From NCBI GenBank assembly GCA_963781875.1, contig CAWAHP010000008.1, positions 37,907 through 101,906 of the forward strand: DNA of 64,000 nt, given 5' to 3'. The stretch is from an uncultured Alphaproteobacteria bacterium. Its GTDB lineage: Bacteria; Pseudomonadota; Alphaproteobacteria; Rhizobiales; Xanthobacteraceae. Position 1 is the first letter of the stretch. Every line of letters begins with the position of its first letter. Of this stretch, positions 1 to 9,711 are shown in pieces. The notes below the pieces were generated by a model, which was not told the DNA's origin, did not search any database, and saw only the letters and a program-made list of their open reading frames with translations. Made by a program: the position numbers and the translations under genes.

Positions 1-649
1 GCGGATAGGTCTTGTCATAGACGACTTTAAATCCAGCCGCCTTCGCGTTTTCGCGCGCACCGTCCGAGGCATTGCGCGAGAATTCCTGGTCGGCGGCGAC
101 GATGGCGACCGTCTGCGGCTTCGGGTTCTGCGCCGCCGCCACGTCGAAAAAGCCCTTGGTGAAGGACTCTTTGGCGTTGGCGCCGCCCGACGGGATCATC
201 GAGAAGTAGTTCGGATATTTAAACTCGCTGTTGACCGCGAGCCCCATCAGACCGATGAGCGTTTTATTCCGCTGGATCGCGATCGGCATCGCCGGCGCAA
301 TCTGCGCGGTCGCATAGGCGCCGATGATCAAGTCGACTTTGTCGACATCGAGCAACTTCGTATAGATGCCCGGCACTTGCGCGGGACTACTCTGATCGTC
401 ATAGAAGATCAGCTTGACCGGACGGCCGAGCAATCCGCCTTCCGAATTTATGTCCTCTTCCCAGATCTTCTGGGCCAGCAGTGCGGATTTGCCATTGGCG
501 GCCAGTCCGCCGGTCATGGCCATGCTGTAGCCGATCTTGATCGGCTGACCGGATTGCGCCGACGCGACCGGCGCCACCTCACGGGAGACCGCAACCGCGA
601 ACAGTACGGCGGCCGTGCGCACACACACGCGCTTGAGCTTGTGAAGCAT
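1..649 (-). CDS. Branched-chain amino acid (LivJ-like) ABC transporter substrate-binding protein, runs off the window edge
   Basis: Manual minus-strand translation from ATG at 649: MLHKLKRVCVRTAAVLFAVAV...QPIKIGYSMAMTGGLAANGKSALLAQKIWEEDIN...GGLLGRPVKLIFYDDQSSPAQVPGIYTKLLDVDKVDLIIGAY. GGGGAGG RBS upstream. Absent from the ORF track because it has no stop in the window. Confidence 0.85.
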   Translation of the reverse strand, partial: MLHKLKRVCVRTAAVLFAVAVSREVAPVASAQSGQPIKIGYSMAMTGGLAANGKSALLAQKIWEEDINSEGGLLGRPVKLIFYDDQSSPAQVPGIYTKLLDVDKVDLIIGAYATAQIAPAMPIAIQRNKTLIGLMGLAVNSEFKYPNYFSMIPSGGANAKESFTKGFFDVAAAQNPKPQTVAIVAADQEFSRNASDGARENAKAAGFKVVYDKTYP

Positions 650-838
650 CTCTCGTTCCTCCCTTTGGCTCGGCTATTTTTCGATGCTCCATTTCATAGA
701 CCGGGAGGCGCCTTATCGGCGTTGATCGAAGTCAAGGTTGCATTGGGTTGACCGACAAAGTCTCGGCCAGCTGTTTTTGCACTTCGCTCGCATTCGCTAT
801 TCGATAATTGATGTTAATCAAGGAGCCTGCCCTGTCGC

Positions 839-1301
839 CTAAGCCGTCCGGCGCCCATAGACCTCATCCGCCCGTTGCTCGAACGCGGCGGCGAACTTGC
901 GAAACGCAGCATCGAACATCGCGCCCATCAGCAACGCCAGGGTGCGGCTCCTGAATTCGTAGTCGATGAAGAATTCGACCTCGCAAGTCTGTTCGCCGGT
1001 CGGATGGAAGATCCAGCGGTTTTGTAAACGGCTAAACGGGCCGTCGAGATATTCCACCAGGATTTTCAGGTTCGGCCGGTCGAGCGTGTCGCGGGTGACG
1101 AAGGTCTGCCGGATCAATTTATAGGCGACCGTCATCTCGGCGATCACGACGCGTCACGCCCTCGCCCTTAGGCGCACGGCTGCGCACTTTCAACGCGGTA
1201 CACAGCGGCACGAATTGCGGATATTTCTCCATGTCCACCACCAGATCGAACATGTCCGCTGCGCTGTGGCGAACGCGGCGCTTGGTGGAAAATTGCGGCA
1301 T
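839..1301 (-). CDS. ratA: RatA/PasT/COQ10 START-domain protein (one apparent frameshift near 1150)
   Basis: MPQFSTKRRVRHSAADMFDLVVDMEKYPQFVPLC... joined to ...YLDGPFSRLQNRWIF...VEFFIDYEFRSRTLALLMGAMFD; typical position downstream of lipA. Confidence 0.85.
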
Positions 1302-1329
1302 GGTTGTTATCGGCTCGGTCGTTATCGGT

Positions 1330-1402
1330 CCGCTCGTCCCCGCGAAAGCCGGGACCGAGTGATATGAAAATTCTGGATTCCGGCTTGCGCGGGAATGAGC
1401 GG
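1330..1402. repeat. Intergenic REP-like palindromic element (GTCCCCGCGAAAGC type)
   Basis: CCGCTCGTCCCCGCGAAAGCCGGGACC...GGATTCCGGCTTGCGCGGGAATGAGCGG: two inverted hairpin units with complementary ends. Confidence 0.75.
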
Positions 1403-1452
1403 ATTGGGGCACCGCCGAATCGATCCTGATGCAGGCAACCCAGAATAACGGA

Positions 1453-2400
1453 TCATGCGCCGGCGCGCGCGGCTCGCAGGCGCGCGAAATCCTCGCCGGC
1501 ATGATGCGAGGAGCGCGTCAGCGGAGACGCCGCCACCATCAGGAAGCCTTTGGCGTAGGCGATGGTCTCCAGCGCCTTGAATTCGTCCGGCGGCACGAAG
1601 CGCACCACCTCGTGATGCTTGCGGGTCGGCTGCAGATATTGCCCGATGGTGAGAAAATCGACATTGGCCGAGCGCAGGTCGTCCATCACTTGCAGCACTT
1701 CGTTGCGCTCTTCGCCCAGGCCCAGCATGATCCCCGACTTGGTGAACATCGCCGGATCGATCTCCTTCACCCGCTGCAACAGCCGCAGCGAATGGAAATA
1801 GCGCGCGCCCGGCCGCACCGACAGATAAAGCGACGGCACGGTTTCCAGATTGTGGTTGAACACGTCGGGCTTGGCCGCGACCACGATTTCCAGCGCGCCG
1901 TCCTTGCGCAGGAAATCGGGCGTCAGCACTTCAATCGTTGTGTTGCGGACAGCGCGCGCGGATGGCGCGGATGGTGTCGGCGAAATGCTGCGGCGCCGCC
2001 GTCGGCGAGATCGTCGCGATCAACCGATGTGACAACGATATGCGCAAGGCCAAGCTTTGCGGTCGCCTCGCCGACATGCGCTGGTTCATTCGCGTCGAGC
2101 GCGCCGGGCAGTCCGGTCTTGACGTTGCAGAAGGCGCAGGCGCGCGTGCAGGTGTCGCCCATGATCATGAAGGTGGCGTGCTTCTTCTCCCAGCACTCGC
2201 CGATATTCGGGCAGCCGGCCTCCTCGCACACGGTGTGCAGGCCGTTCTCGCGCATGATGGCTTGCGTGGCGAAATAGCCCGGCGAGACCGGCGCCTTGAC
2301 GCGGATCCAGTCGGGCTTTTTGAGCGAGGGCTGAATCCGGCCGCTGCGCCTTTTCCGGATGGCGCGGACGCGGATGGTTGAGGTCGAGGACGACGGCCAT
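1453..2400 (-). CDS. lipA: Lipoyl synthase (frameshifted in assembly)
   Basis: [32 protein letters not shown] radical-SAM motif, [33 protein letters not shown] spread over three frames. Confidence 0.95.
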
Positions 2401-2445
2401 GGCCTCTACTTACGGCTGCGGCTTGGCGGCTGCAAGGTCACGAGG

Positions 2446-2558
2446 CTGTCGTCCCGGCCAAGCGAGCGACAGCGAGCGCGAGCCGGGAGCCAGTAAGCCC
2501 GGCCGTCAAGCATGGAAAGACAGGGGTTACTGGGTCCCCGCTTTCGCGGGGACGACAG
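2446..2558. repeat. Intergenic REP-like palindromic element
   Basis: CTGTCGTCCC...GGGACGACAG terminal inverted repeat with internal hairpins (GGGTCCCCGCTTTCGCGGGGAC). Confidence 0.75.
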
Positions 2559-2566
2559 TTGAGAGG

Positions 2567-2809
2567 TTACGCGTTTCTTATCGCTCGCCATATCAGCAGG
2601 AAGATGATGGCGCCGATGGTGGCGGTGATCAGATTGCCCCAGAAATCCGGCATGACTTCCAGCCTGAGCTTTTCGAACAGGAAGCCGCCGACGATGGCGC
2701 CGACCAGGCCGACCGCGAGATTATAAAAAAGGCCGCCGCGGCCGCCGAGAATTTTGGTCGCGAGCCAGCCGGCGATCAGGCCGATGACGATCCAGGCGAG
2801 GATGCCCAT
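2567..2809 (-). CDS. GlsB/YeaQ/YmgE (transglycosylase-associated) small membrane protein
   Basis: MGILAWIVIGLIAGWLA...NLAVGLVGAIVGGFLF...ATIGAIIFLLIW, 80 aa, family-typical. Confidence 0.9.
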   Translation of the reverse strand: MGILAWIVIGLIAGWLATKILGGRGGLFYNLAVGLVGAIVGGFLFEKLRLEVMPDFWGNLITATIGAIIFLLIWRAIRNA

Positions 2810-2833
2810 GGATTTTTCTCCGATTTGATTTCG

Positions 2834-3889
2834 TTACGCGGCTTTCGGCGGCAGCCGGTTGCTCGGCGTCGAATTGGAAATCTTCAATTCGTCTTCGTTC
2901 ATGTCGACGCCGATATCGGCGAACAGCGGCGTCGACAGATAGCGCTCGCCGGTATCGGGCAGCATGGCGAGCACGGTATCGCCCGGCTTGGCGCTTCTGC
3001 ACACTTCGAGCGCGCCGGCGAAGGTCGCGCCGGCGGTGATGCCGACGAAGATGCCTTCCTTCTGCGCCAGCTCGCGGCTCCACTTCATCGCGTCGGCGTT
3101 GGCAATGGTGATGATGCGGCTGATCACGCCCATGTCGACCGCGTCGCCGGTGATCTTCGGAATGAAATCCGGGGTCCAGCCCTGCATCGGATGCGGCTTG
3201 AAGGCGGCATTGGGCTTGGCCGGCGAGCCGTCGGGGTTGCGCTCCTGCGTGCTGCCGCTGGAGAGCATCGGCGCGTCGGCGGGCTCGCAGACGACGATCT
3301 TGGTGTCGGGCCGCTCCTTGGCGAGCACGCGGGCAACGCCCTTGAGCGTGCCGCCGGTGCCGAAGCCGGTGACCCAGTAGTCGAGCTTCTCGCCTTTGAA
3401 GTCGTTGACGATCTCGCGCGCGGTGGTGCGCGAATGCATGTCGGGATTGGCTTCGTTCTCGAACTGGCGGGTCAAGAACCAGCCATGCGTCTTGGCGAGC
3501 TCGACCGCCTTGTTGACCATGCCCATGCCGCGCTCGGCCGCCGGCGTCAGCACCACCTTGGCGCCGAGGAAGCGCATCAGCTTGCGGCGCTCGACGCTGA
3601 AGGTTTCCGCCATCGTGACCACCAGCGGATAGCCCTTCTGCGCGCAGACCATGGCAAGCCCGATGCCGGTATTGCCGGAGGTCGCCTCGACCACCGTCTG
3701 CCCGGGCTTGAGCTTGCCGGTGCGTTCGGCGTCCTCGATGATGCCGAGCGCCAGCCGGTCCTTGACCGAGCCGAGCGGATTGAACGCCTCGATCTTGACG
3801 AACAGGTTGATGCCTTTCGGCGCCAGCTTGTTGATCTTGACCACCGGCGTGTTGCCGACGGTCTCGAGAATGTTTGCGAACTTGGCCAT
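2834..3889 (-). CDS. cysK: PLP-dependent cysteine synthase family protein
   Basis: FNPLGSVKDR (PLP Lys), EATSGNTG, GTGGT, PDTGERYLSTPLF; intact 351 aa. Confidence 0.88.
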   Translation of the reverse strand: MAKFANILETVGNTPVVKINKLAPKGINLFVKIEAFNPLGSVKDRLALGIIEDAERTGKLKPGQTVVEATSGNTGIGLAMVCAQKGYPLVVTMAETFSVERRKLMRFLGAKVVLTPAAERGMGMVNKAVELAKTHGWFLTRQFENEANPDMHSRTTAREIVNDFKGEKLDYWVTGFGTGGTLKGVARVLAKERPDTKIVVCEPADAPMLSSGSTQERNPDGSPAKPNAAFKPHPMQGWTPDFIPKITGDAVDMGVISRIITIANADAMKWSRELAQKEGIFVGITAGATFAGALEVCRSAKPGDTVLAMLPDTGERYLSTPLFADIGVDMNEDELKISNSTPSNRLPPKAA

Positions 3890-3925
3890 CGAAATATTCC
3901 CTTTGGTCTAGCGTCACGCCAACGC

Positions 3926-5344
3926 TTACATGTTCAGCACGCGCCCGTAGGCGTCGAGCACGGCTTCCTTCATCATCTCCGACAGCGTCGGATGCGGAAA
4001 CACGGTGTGCATCAGTTCCGCTTCCGTCGTCTCCAGGTTCATCGCCACCACATAGCCTTGGATCAGCTCGGTGACTTCGGCACCAACCATGTGCGCGCCG
4101 AGCAGCTGCCCGGTCTTGCTGTCGAAGATCACCTTCACCAGCCCCTGGTCTTCGCCGAGCGCGATCGCCTTGCCGTTGCCGACAAAGGGAAAGCGGCCGA
4201 CGCGGATGTCGCGTTTTTGATCTTTCGCCGCCTGCTCGGTAAGGCCGACCGAGGCGATCTGCGGCGAGCAATAGGTGCAGCCCGGGATCATCAGCTTGTT
4301 CATTGCATGGGGATTGAGACCCTTGATCGCCTCGATGCAGACCACGCCCTCGTGCTCGGCCTTGTGCGCCAGCATCGGCGGGCCGGAGACGTCGCCGATG
4401 GCATAGATGCCGGGCACATTGGTTTTGTTGAAGAGATCGACGACGATGATGCCACGCTCGGTTTTCACGCCGAGCTTTTCCAGACCAAGATTTTCGATAT
4501 TGCCGACCACGCCGACCGCCGAGATCACGCGCTCGGCGGTGATGGTCTGCGATTTGCCGCCTTCTTCGATCGTCGCGGTGACGCTGTCGGACTTCTTGTC
4601 GAGCTTGGTCACCTTGGCATTGGTCAGGATCTTGATGCCCTGCTTCTCGAAGCTCTTGCGCGCGAACGCTTGAATCTCGTGATCCTCGACCGGCAAGATT
4701 TGCGGCAGCACTTCGACCACGGTCACTTGCGAGCCGAGCGTGCGGTAGAACGAGGCAAACTCGATGCCGATGGCGCCCGAGCCGATCACCAGCAGCGACT
4801 TCGGAATCTTGTCGGGCACCATCGCTTCGAAATAGGTCCACACCAGTTTCTTGTCCGGCTCGAGGCCGGGCAGCACGCGCGGCCGCGCGCCGGTGGCGAT
4901 GATGATGTGCTTGGCTTGATAGCTGCCCACGCCGAGCGCGCCCTTCGGCGCTTCGCTCTTGGACGCTTTCACCGTCACCTTGCCGGGCGCGTCGATCGAT
5001 GCCTCGCCCCAGATGATCTGGACTTTGTTTTTCTTCATCAGGAAGCCGACGCCGTCGTTGAGCCGCTTTGACACCGCGCGCGAGCGCGCCACCAGGGCCT
5101 TGGCGTCGTAGCCGACATTGTCGACCTTCAGGCCGTAGTCCTTGGCGTGCTGCATGTAGTGAAAAATCTCGGCCGAGCGCAGCAGCGCTTTGGTGGGAAT
5201 GCAGCCCCAGTTGAGGCAGATGCCGCCGAGATAGTCGCGCTCGACGATTGCCGTCTTGAAGCCGAGCTGCGCGGCGCGGATGGCGGTGACATAGCCGCCG
5301 GGGCCGGAGCCGATGATCAGGACGTCGAAACTCGTGTCGGCCAT
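3926..5344 (-). CDS. lpdA: Dihydrolipoyl dehydrogenase (E3)
   Basis: IGSGPGGY, GGICLNWGCIPTK redox disulfide, HPTLSE; start MADTSFDV at 5344. Confidence 0.97.
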   Translation of the reverse strand: MADTSFDVLIIGSGPGGYVTAIRAAQLGFKTAIVERDYLGGICLNWGCIPTKALLRSAEIFHYMQHAKDYGLKVDNVGYDAKALVARSRAVSKRLNDGVGFLMKKNKVQIIWGEASIDAPGKVTVKASKSEAPKGALGVGSYQAKHIIIATGARPRVLPGLEPDKKLVWTYFEAMVPDKIPKSLLVIGSGAIGIEFASFYRTLGSQVTVVEVLPQILPVEDHEIQAFARKSFEKQGIKILTNAKVTKLDKKSDSVTATIEEGGKSQTITAERVISAVGVVGNIENLGLEKLGVKTERGIIVVDLFNKTNVPGIYAIGDVSGPPMLAHKAEHEGVVCIEAIKGLNPHAMNKLMIPGCTYCSPQIASVGLTEQAAKDQKRDIRVGRFPFVGNGKAIALGEDQGLVKVIFDSKTGQLLGAHMVGAEVTELIQGYVVAMNLETTEAELMHTVFPHPTLSEMMKEAVLDAYGRVLNM

Positions 5345-5430
5345 ACGCTCATTCGCCTCCGCGCGGACCCGATTGAATGTAGCCCAGATTAGGCATGTAA
5401 TGATCTCCAAGAAAATCGGGGAGAGAAACA

Positions 5431-6198
5431 GTGTCTAAGCATATCGGCCGCCTGGCGGCCATCGCCGCTTTTTGCATTGCACCGGCCGCATTTGCGCAGG
5501 CCGCCGAGATCAAGGTCTTCAGCACCGTGGGCGTCAAGAGCGTGCTGGAGGAGGTCGTTCCGACGTTCGAGAAGGCCAGCGGCCACAAGCTCAATATCAC
5601 CTGGAGCACCGCCGCCCTGCTGACCAAGCGCGTGCAGGACGGCGAAACGCCGGACGCGGTGATTTTGATCCGCGGCAATGTCGATACCTTGCTGAAGGAC
5701 GGCAAGATCGCGCCCGGCTCCGACGCCACTTTCGGAAAATCGATTTTTGCCGTCGGCGTGAAGGCCGGCGCACCGAAGCCGGATATCTCCACCATCGACG
5801 CGCTCAAGAACAGCCTGCTGGCGGCGAAGGCGATCAGCTTTACCGATCCCGCCACCGGCGGCGCCAGCGGGGTCTATATCGTCAAGCAGCTCGAGCGCAT
5901 GGGCATTACCGAACAGATGAAAGGCAAGAGCAAGCATCCGCCGTCCGGCGGTTTCGCAGGCTCGCTGTTGGTCAATGGCGAAGCCGACATTGCCATCAAT
6001 TCGAAACCGGAACTGCTGACGGTGCCCGGCGTCGAGGTGGTCGGGCCGTTGCCCGGCGACATGGCCTTCACCGTGGTCTATGCCGCCGGTGTCGGCTCCG
6101 GCGCAACGCAAGCCGAGGCGGCGAAGGCGCTGGTGAAATATCTGACGTCGCCGGAAGCGCAAGCGGTATTCAAGGCGAAGGGCTACGATCCGGCCTGA
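5431..6198 (+). CDS. Periplasmic ModA-like substrate-binding protein (no adjacent permease)
   Basis: Signal peptide AFA-QAAE, FEKASGHKL, DPATGGASG, PGVEVVGPLP; molybdate-binding-like family. Confidence 0.75.
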   Translation: MSKHIGRLAAIAAFCIAPAAFAQAAEIKVFSTVGVKSVLEEVVPTFEKASGHKLNITWSTAALLTKRVQDGETPDAVILIRGNVDTLLKDGKIAPGSDATFGKSIFAVGVKAGAPKPDISTIDALKNSLLAAKAISFTDPATGGASGVYIVKQLERMGITEQMKGKSKHPPSGGFAGSLLVNGEADIAINSKPELLTVPGVEVVGPLPGDMAFTVVYAAGVGSGATQAEAAKALVKYLTSPEAQAVFKAKGYDPA

Positions 6199-6842
6199 GC
6201 CGCGAGTGCATCATTGCGCCGCGCGAGATGGCGATGACGCAAAAAGACTTCGAGCGCGCCCAAGGTCGCCAGTAGCCCAACAGCGCAAAGCACGATCATC
6301 GCCGCCAAGGTGGCGAAATAGTCGGTCACCGACTGGCGCAGCGCCGAGCCAATCAGCTCGATGCCCAGCGGGTTGAGGCCGACGAGGCCGGCGAAAGCGA
6401 TGGTGATCCATGGCCAGCGCGTGCGGTATTCGACGCCGCGCGCTACCAGCCAGCGCCGCCGGATGAAGGCCCATTGGATCAGCAGCATGACCGCGGCCGG
6501 GATCAGCATGGTGGCGGCAATCGCGTTGTCCTGCGTGCTGCCGATCATGGCCGGATTGGTCGAGCGTTTGGCGAAGGCTTCGGCAAGTACCGGCAATTCC
6601 TCGATCACGATGGCGATCACGGCGAGCGCAAGCGCAACATAGCCGAGCAGGCGCACGCGCGGCGCCAGCACATAAGCGGCGGCGAAGGCGGCGATGGCGA
6701 CTGCTGAGAAAATTCCCAGCGCCATCAGCACGGCGGTGAACTCGTCCTGCAAAAAGAAATAATCAGCAATCTGGCGGCCGGCCGCGAAGGCCGCAAGCAA
6801 TGAAAGCTTGTAGACCACGATAAAAATCAGGACGGTGCGCAC
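6183..6842 (-). CDS. Hypothetical multi-pass membrane protein
   Basis: 219-aa ORF with about six hydrophobic segments directly downstream of pdhC. Confidence 0.65.
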   Translation of the reverse strand: MRTVLIFIVVYKLSLLAAFAAGRQIADYFFLQDEFTAVLMALGIFSAVAIAAFAAAYVLAPRVRLLGYVALALAVIAIVIEELPVLAEAFAKRSTNPAMIGSTQDNAIAATMLIPAAVMLLIQWAFIRRRWLVARGVEYRTRWPWITIAFAGLVGLNPLGIELIGSALRQSVTDYFATLAAMIVLCAVGLLATLGALEVFLRHRHLARRNDALAAQAGS

Positions 6843-6846
6843 GGCG

Positions 6847-8246
6847 TCACACCACCATCATCACCGGATTCTCGATCAGCGCCTTGAACGCGCCGAGCAT
6901 TTCGGCGCCGAGCGCGCCGTCGACGGCGCGGTGATCGGTCGACAGCGTCACCGTCATGATTTGCGCGACCGCGAGCTGGCCGTTGCGCGCCACCGCGCGC
7001 TCCTCGCCGGCGCCGACCGCCAGAATAGTGGCGTGCGGCGGATTGATCACGGCGGCGAAATCCTTGATGCCGTACATGCCGAGATTGGAAATCGCGGTCG
7101 AGCCGCCCTGATATTCGTGCGGCTTCAGGTGGCGGGTGCGGGCGCGCGCGGCATAATCTTTCATCTCGTTGGATATGGTCGACAGCGATTTCGCTTCAGC
7201 GTGCCGCACCACCGGCGTGATCAGCCCGCCCGGGATCGCCACCGCCACGCCGATGTCGGAATGCTGGTGGTGCAGCATGCCGACTTCAGTCCAGGTGACG
7301 TTGGCGTCGGGCACGCGCTGCAAGGCCAGCGCCAGCGCCTTGATGACAAAGTCGTTGACCGAAATCTTGTAGGCCGGCTTGCCGTCTTTGTCCTTGGGCG
7401 CGGCATCGTTGATCTCCGCGCGCGCTTCCAGCAGCCTGCCGATGTCGCAGTCGAGCGTGAGATAGAAATGCGGAATGGTCTGCTTCGACAACGTCAGCCG
7501 CTGCGCGATGATCTTGCGCATCGAGTCGTGCGGCACGAAATCGTAACTGCCGTCCTCGTACAGCGCGCGGATCTGGGCATCGGACGGCGTCGCTGCCATG
7601 GGCATGGCGGCCATCGTGGCCGCAGCGCCCGGCGCGCGCAAGCCTTGGCCCAATTTCGCCGCGTCGACGTCGCGCGCGATCACGCGGCCATGCGGGCCGG
7701 AGCCTTGCACGCGATTGAGATCGACACTCGCGTCCTTTGCCAATCGTCGCGCCAGCGGGGAGGAGAAAATGCGGTTGGCGCCAGTGACACGCCCGCCCTC
7801 GCCCTTCGAGACGGGCGCTTTTGCGCCCTCCTCAGGACGAAGGCTTCTCTTCGCCTCATCCTGAGGAGCGCCCGCAGGGCGCGTCTCGAAGGATGAGGCC
7901 TGGGCGCAGCGGACGCCCCGAAGGATGGCGCGGCCAGTTTCTCCAGCGCCCGGGTCGGAGCTGTCGTTTTTCCCGCACTCGCGGCCGCCGCCTTCACATC
8001 CTCGCCCTCGCTCGCCAGCACGGCGATGACGGCGTTCACCGCCACGTCCTGCGCGCCTTCCGGCACCACGATCTTGGCGAGCGTGCCTTCGTCCACCGCC
8101 TCATATTCCATCGTCGCCTTGTCGGTCTCGATCTCCGCGATGATGTCGCCGGCCTTGATCTTGTCGCCCTCCTTCTTGAGCCAACGCGCCAGGTTGCCCT
8201 TCTCCATGGTGGGCGACAGCGCGGGCATGAGGATGTTGGTGGGCAT
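6847..8246 (-). CDS. pdhC: Pyruvate dehydrogenase E2 dihydrolipoamide acetyltransferase (frameshift near 7905; palindromic element in the linker)
   Basis: Lipoyl domain [11 protein letters not shown]3-binding [13 protein letters not shown]...GSGPHGRV, catalytic DHRAVDG. Confidence 0.95.
7797..7898. repeat. REP-like palindromic doublet inside the pdhC coding sequence
   Basis: CCTTCGAGACG...CTCCTCAGGACGAAGG paired with CCTCATCCTGAGGAG...CGTCTCGAAGG; minus strand reads open as [33 protein letters not shown]. Confidence 0.85.
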
Positions 8247-8252
8247 GGCGCG

Positions 8253-9683
8253 CTACCGGTAACAAACCGCTTTCGCCGCCTCGACCACGTCGGCGACCGA
8301 AGGCAGCGCGAGCTTCTCGAGATTGGCGGCGTAAGGCATCGGCACGTCCTTGCCGGACACGCGCGCGACCGGCGCGTCGAGATAATCGAAAGCGTGCTCC
8401 ATGATGCGAGCGGCGATCTCGGCGCCGACGCCGGACTGCTGCCAGCCCTCCTCGACCGTGACGGCGCGGCCGGTCTTCTGCACCGAGGCGATGATGGTGT
8501 CGGTGTCCATCGGCTTGAGCGTGCGCAGATCGATCACTTCCGCGTCGATGCCGTCCTTGGCCAGTTCGTCGGCCGCCTTCAGCGCATAGGTCATGCCCAT
8601 CGACCACGCAATGATCGTGACGTCGTTGCCGGCGCGCGCGATTTTCGCCTTGCCGATCGGCAGCACGAAGTCATCAAGCTTCGGAACGGCGGAGGAATGG
8701 CCGTAGAGGATTTCGTTTTCCAGGAAGATCACCGGATTGGGATCGCGGATCGCGGCCTTGAGCAAGCCCTTGGCGTCGGCGGCGGTCGAGGGCGCGATCA
8801 CCCGCAAGCCCGGGATGTGCGAATACCAGGACGAATAATCCTGGCTGTGCTGGGCGGCGACGCGCGCGGCGGCGCCGTTCGGTCCGCGGAACACGATCGA
8901 GCAGCTCATCTGCCCGCCCGACATGTAGAGCGTCTTGGCCGCCGAATTGATCAGCTGGTCCATCGCCTGCATGGCGAAATTGAAGGTCATGAACTCGACG
9001 ATCGGTTTCAGGCCGGCCAGCGCCGCGCCGACGCCCAGACCGGCAAAGCCATGCTCGGTGATCGGCGTGTCGATCACGCGCTTGGCGCCGAACTCCTGCA
9101 GCAGTCCTTGCGTGACCTTGTAGGCGCCCTGATATTCGGCGACCTCCTCGCCCATCACGAACACGTCTTTGTCGCGCCGCATCTCCTCGGCCATGGCGTC
9201 GCGCAGCGCTTCGCGCATGGTCATGGTGACCATCTCGGTGCCTTCGGGAATGTCGGGATCGGCCGCGGCCTGCGGCATGGGCGCTGCGGGAGCTTTCGTC
9301 GCCGTTGCCCTTCGAGCCGACGCTTCGCGCCTCTCAGGCTGAGGGCTCTAACCGCCTATCCTGAGGAGCGCCCGCGGGGCGCGTCTCAGGCTGCGGCGCC
9401 GTGGAGCGGGTTTTGCAGCCTTGATCGCCGACTTGTCCTCGCCCTCGCTCAGGATCACCGCGATCGGCGTATTCACCGCCACGTCGGCGGTGCCGGCGGG
9501 CACCAGGATTTTTCCGAGCGTGCCCTCGTCCGCCGCTTCCACTTCCATGGTGGCCTTGTCGGTCTCGATCTCGGCAATGATGTCGCCCGACTTGACGCTG
9601 TCGCCTTCCTTCTTGAGCCACTTGGCGAGGTTGCCCTTCTCCATCGTGGGCGACAGCGCGGGCATGAGCACTTCGATCGGCAT
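8253..9683 (-). CDS. pdhB: Pyruvate dehydrogenase E1 beta subunit with N-terminal lipoyl domain (in-frame TAG at 9348-9350 within the linker repeat)
   Basis: [17 protein letters not shown]...ETDKATME lipoyl domain; [42 protein letters not shown]. Confidence 0.95.
9308..9387. repeat. Degenerate REP-like palindromic doublet inside the pdhB linker
   Basis: ATCCTGAGGAGCGCCCGCGGGGCGCGTCTC nearly identical to the pdhC copy ATCCTGAGGAGCGCCCGCAGGGCGCGTCTC; opposite arm CCCTTCGAG...CTCAGG. Confidence 0.8.
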
Positions 9684-9711
9684 GGGCGCTACTGGTTTCC
9701 CGGCAACTGAC

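Noticed and set aside
839-1301. RatA as a toxin-antitoxin system
   Set aside because: No ratB/pasI partner is adjacent; the lipA-linked alphaproteobacterial gene is better explained as a COQ10-like quinone-binding protein.
1306-1335. Imperfect 15-bp tandem repeat GTTATCGG.. upstream of ratA
   Set aside because: Only two degenerate units next to a REP insertion, with no supportable function.
2378-5071. Long plus-strand ORFs such as 897 aa at 2378-5071, 874 aa at 52984-55608 and 663 aa at 43361-45352
   Set aside because: They are antisense shadows of real minus-strand genes in high-GC DNA and show no recognisable motifs.
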